Assembly: GCA_037441845.1 (NCBI GenBank)
Contig: JBBIRK010000004.1
Location: 159,074 to 223,073, forward strand
Length of the DNA: 64,000 nucleotides
Source of the DNA: Candidatus Zixiibacteriota bacterium
GTDB lineage: Bacteria; Zixibacteria; MSB-5A5; UBA10806; 4484-95
Reading direction: 5' to 3'
The position numbers and the translations under genes are program-made. This document shows, one piece after another, positions 56,369-64,000 of the stretch. Every line of letters begins with the position of its first letter. The first letter of the stretch is position 1. The notes under the pieces are model-generated. The model saw nothing but the letters and a program-made list of their open reading frames with translations. It had not been told where the DNA came from and ran no database searches.

Positions 56369-57367
56369 ATGCGCCGTCTGAAAGTTTCCGATTTCAAAAA
56401 ATTCCTGATAATCAGACCCGATCGAATCGGTGATCTCGTGCTGACCCTGCCTATGGCTTCGCTTTTGAAAAATCTATGGCCCAAATTGGAAATTCATTAT
56501 TTAGTGTCAGATTATGCCGCGCCGGTGATCCGCTATTCGCCTCATGTCGATGATTATTTGCTTTATACGGGTCCCGATGGCAATCCGCTGGCATTGTCCG
56601 AGCTCGTATCAAGTATCGAAAAAAACGATTACGACGCAGCCGTTTTTGCCAAGCCGAACTGGCGCTCGGCGCTGGCAGTTTATCTGGCCGGGGTCAAGGT
56701 AAGAATCGGCACTTCGAGACGGCCTTATTCGTTTCTATTTAATGTCAGGGAAAGCATCACCCGTCGGAATTCGAATATGCATGAAGTCGATTTGAATCTA
56801 ATGTTGTTGCGGCCGCTTGGATTTACATTACAGCCCTGCCTGATGGACCCCGAACTGCGGGTTCCACCGACTGGACAAACCTCCCCTTTTACCCTTAATC
56901 TTCCCGAAAAATATGCCGTTATCCATATTGGATCCAAAGGCTCGGCTCCCAATTGGCCGAAATCGAGGTATTTAGGGCTGGCCGAGGCGCTTACGGCCAA
57001 GCTGCCGGTTGTCTTGACCGGCCAGGAAGAAATATCCATTTGTTCCGATAAAATAATAAATATGATCGGCAAGACTTCGTTGGACCAACTGATCGTCTTG
57101 ATAGAAAAAGCCAAACTGTTCGTTTCCGGCAGCACCGGGCCGATGCATCTGGCGGCGGCGATGGGCAAAAATGTATTGGCATTTTTCCCCGATCACCCCA
57201 GGTTAGGCCCGCAACGCTGGGGACCGCGTGGCGGCCAAGCCCGCATTCTCCAACCGGACAAACAAAAAGGGCATAAATGTCGTATTATGAATAATGGATC
57301 CTGTGAATGCTTCGATCCGATTACGGTGGAAATGGCATATCGGGCGGCTTGCGAGTTGCTAAAATGA
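56369..57367 (+). CDS. GT9 glycosyltransferase (heptosyltransferase-like)
   Basis: IRPDRIGDLVLTLP, NWP, SGSTGPMHLAAA. Confidence 0.9.
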   Translation: MRRLKVSDFKKFLIIRPDRIGDLVLTLPMASLLKNLWPKLEIHYLVSDYAAPVIRYSPHVDDYLLYTGPDGNPLALSELVSSIEKNDYDAAVFAKPNWRSALAVYLAGVKVRIGTSRRPYSFLFNVRESITRRNSNMHEVDLNLMLLRPLGFTLQPCLMDPELRVPPTGQTSPFTLNLPEKYAVIHIGSKGSAPNWPKSRYLGLAEALTAKLPVVLTGQEEISICSDKIINMIGKTSLDQLIVLIEKAKLFVSGSTGPMHLAAAMGKNVLAFFPDHPRLGPQRWGPRGGQARILQPDKQKGHKCRIMNNGSCECFDPITVEMAYRAACELLK

Positions 57368-59526
57368 AAAAGCCAATGAATCTTGCTCAATTCATTATTT
57401 TTATCGAATCGTTCAATGCCAATATCGATATACCGCTTATCAAGAAAGCATACGAATTTTCCGACCGAGCCCATGCCGGTCAATTGCGGGAAAACGGCGA
57501 CCCTTTCATCGAACACTGTTTGGAAGTGGCTTTTATTCTGGCCGAACAACATATGGATTCCACGACCATAGCCGCCGGTCTGCTTCACGATGTAGTAGAG
57601 GATACGCAAATAAAGCTCGAGGACATAAGGCGGGAATTCAACGATGAAATCGCGCATATGGTCGGCGGATTGACCAAACTGCTCGGACTCACCTATAAAT
57701 CAACCACCGAGAAGCAGGTGGAATACTTCAGGAATATGATTCTTTCCATGGCCGAGGATATTCGGGTGGTGACGATAAAACTCGCCGATAGGCTGCACAA
57801 TATGCGCACCATCGACCCGCTTCCGGAGGAGCGACGAAAGCAAATAGCCATGGAAACGAGGGAGATTTACGCCCCGCTCGCTCATCGTCTCGGCATGGCG
57901 AAAATCAAGTGCGAACTCGAAGATCTCGCATTCAAGTGCTTGGAACCGGAAAATTACGCTTATCTCGAGCGCAAAATCCGCGAAAGCCAGAACGAGCGCA
58001 ACGACTACATTAAATCCGTTGTCGAGCCTTTGAAAAAGGCGCTCGAGGAAAACGGCATCGCGGCCGAAATAAGCGGACGGGCCAAACATCTCGATTCCAT
58101 CTGGCGCAAAATGCAGAGACGAAAAGTCGATTTCGAAGGCATCTACGATTTGTTCGCCATCAGGGCGATCGTCGAATCCGAAAAAGATTGTTATCATACC
58201 CTCGGTATCGTGCATGGGCTGTGGAAGCCGGTCATGGAAAGATTTCATGACTATATCGCCAACGTAAAACCGAACATGTACCAATCGCTTCACACTACCG
58301 TTATAGGCCCCCAAAACCGCCCGGTTGAGATTCAGATTCGAACGAAATCGATGCATTATCGGGCTGAATACGGAATCGCCGCGCACTGGTTATACAAGGA
58401 AGGCAAGAGAAAATACGACGAGTCGGACAAGCGGATGGCCTGGGTCCGGGAAATACTCGAAATGCAAAAGGATTTGACCAATTCGGACGATTTTCTCGAA
58501 TACTTGAAGGTCGATTTATTCCAAGATGATATTTTCGTTTATACTCCTAAGGGCGAATTGATACATCTACCCAAAGGATCAACGCCATTGGATTTCGCGT
58601 TCGCGATTCATTCCGATCTCGGATTTCATTGCACAGGAGCCAAGATCGACGGGAAATTCATGCCGCTTACGACCCCTCTCAAGTCCGGGCAACTTGTCGA
58701 AATATTGAGGCAGCCGCATCAGCATCCTTCGACCGACTGGCTTAAAATAGTCAAAACCGGCAGAGCGAAAACCAAGATAAAACGATGGCTGGCCGAAAGG
58801 GGTTTCAATCAAGCGGTTCAACTCGGGCGGGAAATACTCGAGCGCGAATGTCGTCAAAAACGGATCAAATTCCCCGGCGAAAACAAATTGCTGGATATTG
58901 CGCAATCGCTGGGTCTTCCCGACGTGGATTCGCTTCTGGCGCGTCTCAGCTCCGGATCAATTTCGCTTACAGCGGTGCTTAATCGAATCGAGCCCCAAAA
59001 ACAAACCGGGCAACGAACGATCCTGGGGAAAATTTCAATCCCTACCCGTTTGCATCACCTCGGAGTCAAAGTTAAAGGTGCGGATAATCTCATGTTCAGG
59101 TTCGGTGCCTGCTGTCAACCCCTACCGGGCGAAAATATCGTCGGTTTCATCACCCGCGGGCGAGGGATTACCGTGCATCGGCAAGATTGCGCCACCATCG
59201 CTTATTCCGAAGAACGCGATCGACAAATCGAATTGACCTGGGATGTCGAGCCGGGTGAATCGTTTCTGATAAATCTCGAATTGATAGTGCAGGAACGCAA
59301 GAATTTGCTGAAAGATATCACCGATGCCGTGGCCAGTGTCGATGTCAACGTGCGGGGGGCCGAAATAAAAGGGAATGGCAAACCGCTTCCGGGTTCCGCC
59401 GCTATTGGGCATTTCGTGCTCGAAGTTTCGAATTTATCGCAGCTGAACAAGGCCATAAAAAAGATTTCCTCGATTTCCGGTGTGGTGGCCGTGGAACGCG
59501 CCAAGGGTCTGGTTGCCGATGAATAA
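57364..59526 (+). CDS. rel: Bifunctional (p)ppGpp synthetase/hydrolase
   Basis: LLHDVVED hydrolase, KLADRLHNMRT, GRAKH, YQSLHT, EIQIRT, TGS, CC..P, ACT; ATGA overlap at 57364. Confidence 0.96.
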   Translation: MKKPMNLAQFIIFIESFNANIDIPLIKKAYEFSDRAHAGQLRENGDPFIEHCLEVAFILAEQHMDSTTIAAGLLHDVVEDTQIKLEDIRREFNDEIAHMVGGLTKLLGLTYKSTTEKQVEYFRNMILSMAEDIRVVTIKLADRLHNMRTIDPLPEERRKQIAMETREIYAPLAHRLGMAKIKCELEDLAFKCLEPENYAYLERKIRESQNERNDYIKSVVEPLKKALEENGIAAEISGRAKHLDSIWRKMQRRKVDFEGIYDLFAIRAIVESEKDCYHTLGIVHGLWKPVMERFHDYIANVKPNMYQSLHTTVIGPQNRPVEIQIRTKSMHYRAEYGIAAHWLYKEGKRKYDESDKRMAWVREILEMQKDLTNSDDFLEYLKVDLFQDDIFVYTPKGELIHLPKGSTPLDFAFAIHSDLGFHCTGAKIDGKFMPLTTPLKSGQLVEILRQPHQHPSTDWLKIVKTGRAKTKIKRWLAERGFNQAVQLGREILERECRQKRIKFPGENKLLDIAQSLGLPDVDSLLARLSSGSISLTAVLNRIEPQKQTGQRTILGKISIPTRLHHLGVKVKGADNLMFRFGACCQPLPGENIVGFITRGRGITVHRQDCATIAYSEERDRQIELTWDVEPGESFLINLELIVQERKNLLKDITDAVASVDVNVRGAEIKGNGKPLPGSAAIGHFVLEVSNLSQLNKAIKKISSISGVVAVERAKGLVADE

Positions 59527-60211
59527 CATAAAGCCGAAAACGCTCGAGGGCGTCTCCTGGCTCGATTTCAGCGGCATTTTCGGTGTTCCATCGGGGATTA
59601 TCCTGAAAAATCCCGACCGTTCCGAAAAGGACTTATACGATTTTATAATCCGCAGGTGCACGGCCGGGCAGGATGCCGGTTCGCTGCGCTTGATTCGTCT
59701 AAACCAGAAACATACCAGCATCATCCGAAATGCGGAATCGGTTAGTGAACGTCCGGCCGATGGTGTATTCGCCGATAAACGGGATTTCGTGATTACTGTG
59801 CGCACGGCGGATTGCTTGCCGATTTTCCTTTACGATGGCAGGATCATCGCATTGCTGCATGCAGGATGGAGGGGATTATTGGCCGGAATAATTGATCGCT
59901 TTTTTCAAGAGGTGAAAGATTTCGATTGTGCCTCCGCAAAAGCAGTAATCGGTCCGGGAATAGGGCCATGTTGTTTCAATGTCGGACCGGAAGTCGCGAT
60001 TCTTTTCAATTCGGGTTATCTCAATAAGCGGCACGGCGCATTATTTATCGATCTCGGGTGTTTTGCTGTTGACGCATTGGCCGCTGGCGGAATAAAATAT
60101 ATTTATCGTTATGAGCCTTGTAATGCCTGTGAACCGGCGATTTATCATTCGTTCAGGCAGGAGGGGGTCAAAACGGGGCAAATGCTGGCCTTTATGCGAT
60201 TAGGAGGGTAG
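59519..60211 (+). CDS. pgeF: YfiH/PgeF (laccase-domain) family protein
   Basis: QKH, TADCLPI, HAGWRG, IGPGIGPCCF.VG, SFR. Confidence 0.88.
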   Translation: MNNIKPKTLEGVSWLDFSGIFGVPSGIILKNPDRSEKDLYDFIIRRCTAGQDAGSLRLIRLNQKHTSIIRNAESVSERPADGVFADKRDFVITVRTADCLPIFLYDGRIIALLHAGWRGLLAGIIDRFFQEVKDFDCASAKAVIGPGIGPCCFNVGPEVAILFNSGYLNKRHGALFIDLGCFAVDALAAGGIKYIYRYEPCNACEPAIYHSFRQEGVKTGQMLAFMRLGG

Positions 60212-60212
60212 T

Positions 60213-60830
60213 ATGTTACGATATATCATAGTCGCTGTCGTATTGTCGGCCGATTGCGCTTTCGGACTGACGGGAATCGGTTTGGGGGTTCACGCCGGTA
60301 GATTGAGCAATTTTGATTATGAGCCTCTGGCCGACAGCCTGGAGCGGGCTGCCGCATTGTTTGGCTGGGAGAAGTCAACGTTAGATGATGACATGACTAC
60401 GATCGGGGTTCATCTCGATGTAGGGACTTTCCAGGTGATCGAAATTACGGGGAACGTCGATTATACCTGGAAAAAAACCGAACTTTCCCCGGATGTGGAT
60501 TTTCGTCTTTCGGTATTTTCTTATGGCGCGGGGGTAAGAAAGAAATTCTTGCAATCGATTATCAAGCCGTTCATCGGGGCCGGAGTGGGCATTCACAGGT
60601 TGGCCAGTTCGTTCGAATCTTCTTATTCGCCGGCCGATAGAATAACGGTCATCGCCATGATTCCGGAGAACCAGTCAAAAATCGGTTATTATGTAGCCGC
60701 CGGCCTTTCCCTCGAAATTCCCATGTTGCCATTAAAGCCGTATGGCGAGTATCGTTATAACATGATTAACACAAGAGATGAGTCGACCAAATTCGGCACA
60801 TTGATTATCGGCGTCACCTTAGGCATGTAA
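60213..60830 (+). CDS. Outer-membrane beta-barrel protein
   Basis: Signal peptide, alternating beta strands, KPFIGAGVG. Confidence 0.7.
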   Translation: MLRYIIVAVVLSADCAFGLTGIGLGVHAGRLSNFDYEPLADSLERAAALFGWEKSTLDDDMTTIGVHLDVGTFQVIEITGNVDYTWKKTELSPDVDFRLSVFSYGAGVRKKFLQSIIKPFIGAGVGIHRLASSFESSYSPADRITVIAMIPENQSKIGYYVAAGLSLEIPMLPLKPYGEYRYNMINTRDESTKFGTLIIGVTLGM

Positions 60831-60850
60831 TTTTTCAAAGGAGGATCGAT

Positions 60851-61459
60851 TTGAAATTCAACGCAGTATTGAGTCTTGTGCTGGTCATCATTTTGGGATC
60901 GACGACGCAAGCACAATTCACCGGTCAATTGGCTCCCGCCCCGACGATAATGAAAGGCACCATGCAAGGCGCAGCCAATGTCGGGCTTTATGACGGAGCG
61001 ATTGCACTCCTCGGCCATTTAAGATACGGGATCGGCGGATATACCGATCTCGGTTTCAGGGCTGGATTCATCGATTTCAGCGAGGGCAGAAGCGATGAAA
61101 GCGCGCTGCTTCTCGGCGGCGATATTAAATATCAGGTTCTTGAACTCAGAATAAAAGATCCATTCGACCTGTCGGTGGGCGGGATGACCGAAACGATGCT
61201 CGGCACCCCCGGAGACTACATCACCGTCGGCGGTTCCGTTATTGGGTCATATCCCGTAAGACTGAATACTGGCAAGAATTTGACACCCTATGGTAGGTTG
61301 CTGCTTCGTTTGACTTGGTTTGAAGGCGGCGGTGATGATTTCGACCCGGCTTTCACGGCCGGTGCCAACCTCGAACTGGGAAGAACAACCTCGTTATCGG
61401 CGGAGTTTCAATTCGATGATCCGTTCGGCTTTTTGGTCGGAATAAATTTCGGATTATAG
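60851..61459 (+). CDS. Outer-membrane beta-barrel protein
   Basis: GAGG RBS, signal peptide ending TQA, beta-strand pattern, C-terminal VGINFGL. Confidence 0.65.
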   Translation: MKFNAVLSLVLVIILGSTTQAQFTGQLAPAPTIMKGTMQGAANVGLYDGAIALLGHLRYGIGGYTDLGFRAGFIDFSEGRSDESALLLGGDIKYQVLELRIKDPFDLSVGGMTETMLGTPGDYITVGGSVIGSYPVRLNTGKNLTPYGRLLLRLTWFEGGGDDFDPAFTAGANLELGRTTSLSAEFQFDDPFGFLVGINFGL

Positions 61460-61463
61460 CCGG

Positions 61464-62249
61464 ATGGACAATATATCGGCTATCATTCTCGGACTTGTTC
61501 AGGGTCTGACCGAATTTCTGCCCGTATCGAGTTCGGGTCATCTCGTATTGGCGGAAAGGCTGATCGGTATCCGCGCCTCGACCGAGCTGACATTCGAGGT
61601 TTTACTGCACCTCAGCACGGTTTTAGCGGTCGTCATTTATTTCAGAGAACGTCTTGGCCGATTGCTCATCGGTTTGCTGAAGCCAACCGAAAGCGATAAT
61701 TGGCCCCAGCTAAAGCTGGCCGGAACGATTGCGATCGCAACCATACCGGCGGCGGTAGTCGGGTTGCTGTTCGAAAAAAGAGTCGAACAGACGTTCAATT
61801 CGCCGCGCCTTACGGCGTTGTTCCTTATTTTCACGGGCGTTATTCTCTTGGCCACAGGGGCCATAAAAAAGGGAAATGAAAATATCGGTTATAAATCCGG
61901 ATTCATAATCGGGGTTGCTCAGGCGTTCGCCTTGTTGCCCGGCATATCCCGATCCGGCATGACCATTTCGGCGGGCTTGTTTCAAAAAATCAGGCCCGCT
62001 GAAGCCGCCGAGTTTTCGTTTTTAATCTCTCTTCCTGCTGTTATCGGAGCAATAATCCTGAAATCGTTCAAATTGCTTTCCTCTTATCAATCAGGTGAAA
62101 TGGATCATTATCTTCTCGGCTGCATCGCCGCTTTCGTCTCCGGATATCTGTCGATCGCGTTTCTGCTGAAGATAGTGGGCAAAGGCAAATTCTTTTATTT
62201 CGGGCTGTATTGCTTGGCTGTCGGATTGATCGGAATTATTTTTATATGA
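61464..62249 (+). CDS. uppP: Undecaprenyl-diphosphatase
   Basis: GLVQGLTEFLPVSSSGH, PGISRSG, AEFSFL. Confidence 0.96.
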   Translation: MDNISAIILGLVQGLTEFLPVSSSGHLVLAERLIGIRASTELTFEVLLHLSTVLAVVIYFRERLGRLLIGLLKPTESDNWPQLKLAGTIAIATIPAAVVGLLFEKRVEQTFNSPRLTALFLIFTGVILLATGAIKKGNENIGYKSGFIIGVAQAFALLPGISRSGMTISAGLFQKIRPAEAAEFSFLISLPAVIGAIILKSFKLLSSYQSGEMDHYLLGCIAAFVSGYLSIAFLLKIVGKGKFFYFGLYCLAVGLIGIIFI

Positions 62250-63259
62250 AAAAAGTCCTGGTCATCCGTTTCAGTTCGCTGGGGGATGTAATATTGACCT
62301 CGCCGGTGGTCGAGACTCTTGCTATCGAGCGGGGATTCCATGTCGATTTTCTGACGAAAGAATTTTATCGCCCGGTAGTTCAGATGTTTCCAGGAGTCTC
62401 TGAGGTTATTGCCTATGGGGGCAATTATAAGACGCTTATCTCGACTTTGAAAAGCAAGCGATATGACATAGTAATCGATCTTCAGAAGAATCCACGCAGT
62501 TTATTGATCGCGGCCGCTCTGAATCCCAGGATAGTTTGCGGGTATCCGAAACGTAAATTAAGGCGTGAAATCGCCATAAGGGGAACGCGCCTTAAGCCCC
62601 AGGCTCCGCATGTGATTGATTCGTATCTGAAATCGTTGCTGCGACTGAAAATCAAGACGTCGATTACCACGCCGCGATTGGTGGTTCCTCAATCATTGAA
62701 AGACGAGGCGACCGACTTTCTGGGCAATTACGCAGACAGACCGATTATCGGTCTCGCCCCGGGCTCGAAACATCCCGAAAAAATGTGGCTGGGATTCGCC
62801 GAACTTTCCGCAAAGATCCGTGCGGCCCTTGAGGCGACGACAGTGGTATTCGCCTCTAAGTCCGATAATCCCGAATTATCTTCGTATCGACGGTCTCCGG
62901 CTTTGAAATTCGCGATCGATTTACCGCTTGATCTGTTGGCGGCCGTTATGTCAAGATGTAAAGTCGTGATCGCAAACGATTCGGGATTGATGCATGTGGC
63001 TGCGGCCTTGTCAGTGCCGGTTATAGGTATATTCGGTCCGACTCATCCCGTCCTCGGTTTCGCGCCGAGAGGGGGAAAAACCCGTATCGTCTGCGATAAC
63101 GTCCAATGTTCTCCGTGCAGTTTACACGGCGAAAAGAAATGCCGTATGCCGGTGAAATACTGTTTCGAAAACATCACTGCCGATCGCGTGATGGGTATGC
63201 TCCTGGAGATCCTGTGTGAAACCGAAGGAAGCGTCATACTACGAAAAGCTGCCCGCTGA
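62246..63259 (+). CDS. GT9 heptosyltransferase (WaaF-like)
   Basis: KKVLVIRFSSLGDVILT, APGS...K.W, NDSGLMHVAAA, FGPT, CSPC; ATGA overlap with uppP. Confidence 0.9.
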   Translation: MKKVLVIRFSSLGDVILTSPVVETLAIERGFHVDFLTKEFYRPVVQMFPGVSEVIAYGGNYKTLISTLKSKRYDIVIDLQKNPRSLLIAAALNPRIVCGYPKRKLRREIAIRGTRLKPQAPHVIDSYLKSLLRLKIKTSITTPRLVVPQSLKDEATDFLGNYADRPIIGLAPGSKHPEKMWLGFAELSAKIRAALEATTVVFASKSDNPELSSYRRSPALKFAIDLPLDLLAAVMSRCKVVIANDSGLMHVAAALSVPVIGIFGPTHPVLGFAPRGGKTRIVCDNVQCSPCSLHGEKKCRMPVKYCFENITADRVMGMLLEILCETEGSVILRKAAR

Positions 63260-64000
63260 ACGTGTCCGTTGCACTTTATGTCCGGCGCGCTGCGTTATCA
63301 GCTCCGGCAGAGTCGGGCTTTGCAGAATCCGGCGGAACGAAGGCGGCATATTGTACGCCTCCGCCTATGGAGAGCTGGTTTCGTTGGCGCTTGATCCTAT
63401 CGAGAAAAAACCGCTGTATCATTTTCATCCGGGAAGTCGGATTCTCTCGACCGGGCCGAACGGCTGCAATTTTCGCTGCCCCTTTTGTCAGAACTGGAGC
63501 ATCTCGCAGCAACCGGTCAACTGCACGCATTTGTCGGCGGAGGAACTCGTCGCTTGTGCCGCACAAGGCGAATCCATTGGAATAGCGTTTACCTACACCG
63601 AACCTCTCATCTGGTTCGAATATGTTATCGACTGCGCCCGTCTACTGAAAGAAAGAGGGTTGAAGGCGGTGCTGGTTTCCAATGGATATTTCAGCGAGGC
63701 ACCCGCAAGGGAGCTGTTTCCGATGATAGATGCCGCCAATATCGATTTGAAATCCGCCTCGCCCGATTATTATCGCAAAGTATGTCGGGGTAAGCTCGAG
63801 GACGTTTTACGGACGATCCGTTTGGCCCGCGAATATGGCGTGAAAGTAGAGCTGACGAATCTACTTATTCCGGGTGACAATGACGGCGAGGAGGATATCC
63901 GTTCGATAGTCGATCTTGTCGAGCAAATAGATCCTCTAATCCCATTTCACATATCACGATATTTCCCCCATTATAAATATAGCAAGCCGCCTACTCCGTT
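63216..64000 (+). CDS. amrS: Second AmmeMemoRadiSam radical SAM enzyme (partial, runs off the window; absent from the ORF track)
   Basis: Manual translation from GTG 63216 (GGAG RBS): MKPKEASYYEKLPAERVRCTLCPARC...LDPIEKKPLYHFHPG...GCNFRCPFCQNWSISQ...AFTYTEP. Confidence 0.92.
   Translation, partial: MKPKEASYYEKLPAERVRCTLCPARCVISSGRVGLCRIRRNEGGILYASAYGELVSLALDPIEKKPLYHFHPGSRILSTGPNGCNFRCPFCQNWSISQQPVNCTHLSAEELVACAAQGESIGIAFTYTEPLIWFEYVIDCARLLKERGLKAVLVSNGYFSEAPARELFPMIDAANIDLKSASPDYYRKVCRGKLEDVLRTIRLAREYGVKVELTNLLIPGDNDGEEDIRSIVDLVEQIDPLIPFHISRYFPHYKYSKPPTP

Noticed and set aside
63262..63793. Short ORF-track calls at the right end
   Set aside because: Alternative frames of the partial amrS
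1..64000. CRISPR array, IS, prophage or rRNA
   Set aside because: No regularly spaced repeats, transposase/integrase motifs or rRNA-sized non-coding gap were seen by eye

Overview
This is a gene-dense stretch of core bacterial chromosome, almost all on the + strand, from a diderm LPS-producing organism. Two secreted proteins end in NYPNPFN-type C-terminal domains, which suggests an FCB-related lineage such as candidate Zixibacteria (inference only). The window holds about 54 protein genes: glycolysis (two pfk, gap), der-plsY-gpsA, xseB, nadK-recN, lapAB, mutS, miaB, apt, efp, rnhC, two AmmeMemoRadiSam radical SAM genes, ctpA, a moeA-like gene, trpS-scpA-(peptidase)-scpB-rluB-cmk-plsC-rpsA, LPS genes, rel, pgeF and uppP. 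It also has tRNA-Gly(CCC) and tRNA-Pro(CGG). I saw no integrase, transposase, prophage, rRNA or CRISPR array, and I cannot claim a clearly new system. The most notable points are: a full-length MoeA with many catalytic motifs replaced and its own regulated promoter; an EF-P with a Gln-tipped TAQRR loop; a Tat-signal AmrS coupled to a degenerate membrane spermidine-synthase-like protein; a His-less sensor pseudokinase; a gingipain with His->Tyr; an exported peptidase splitting scpA/scpB; and several apparently leaderless genes. All assignments are by eye from motifs; no database search was run.
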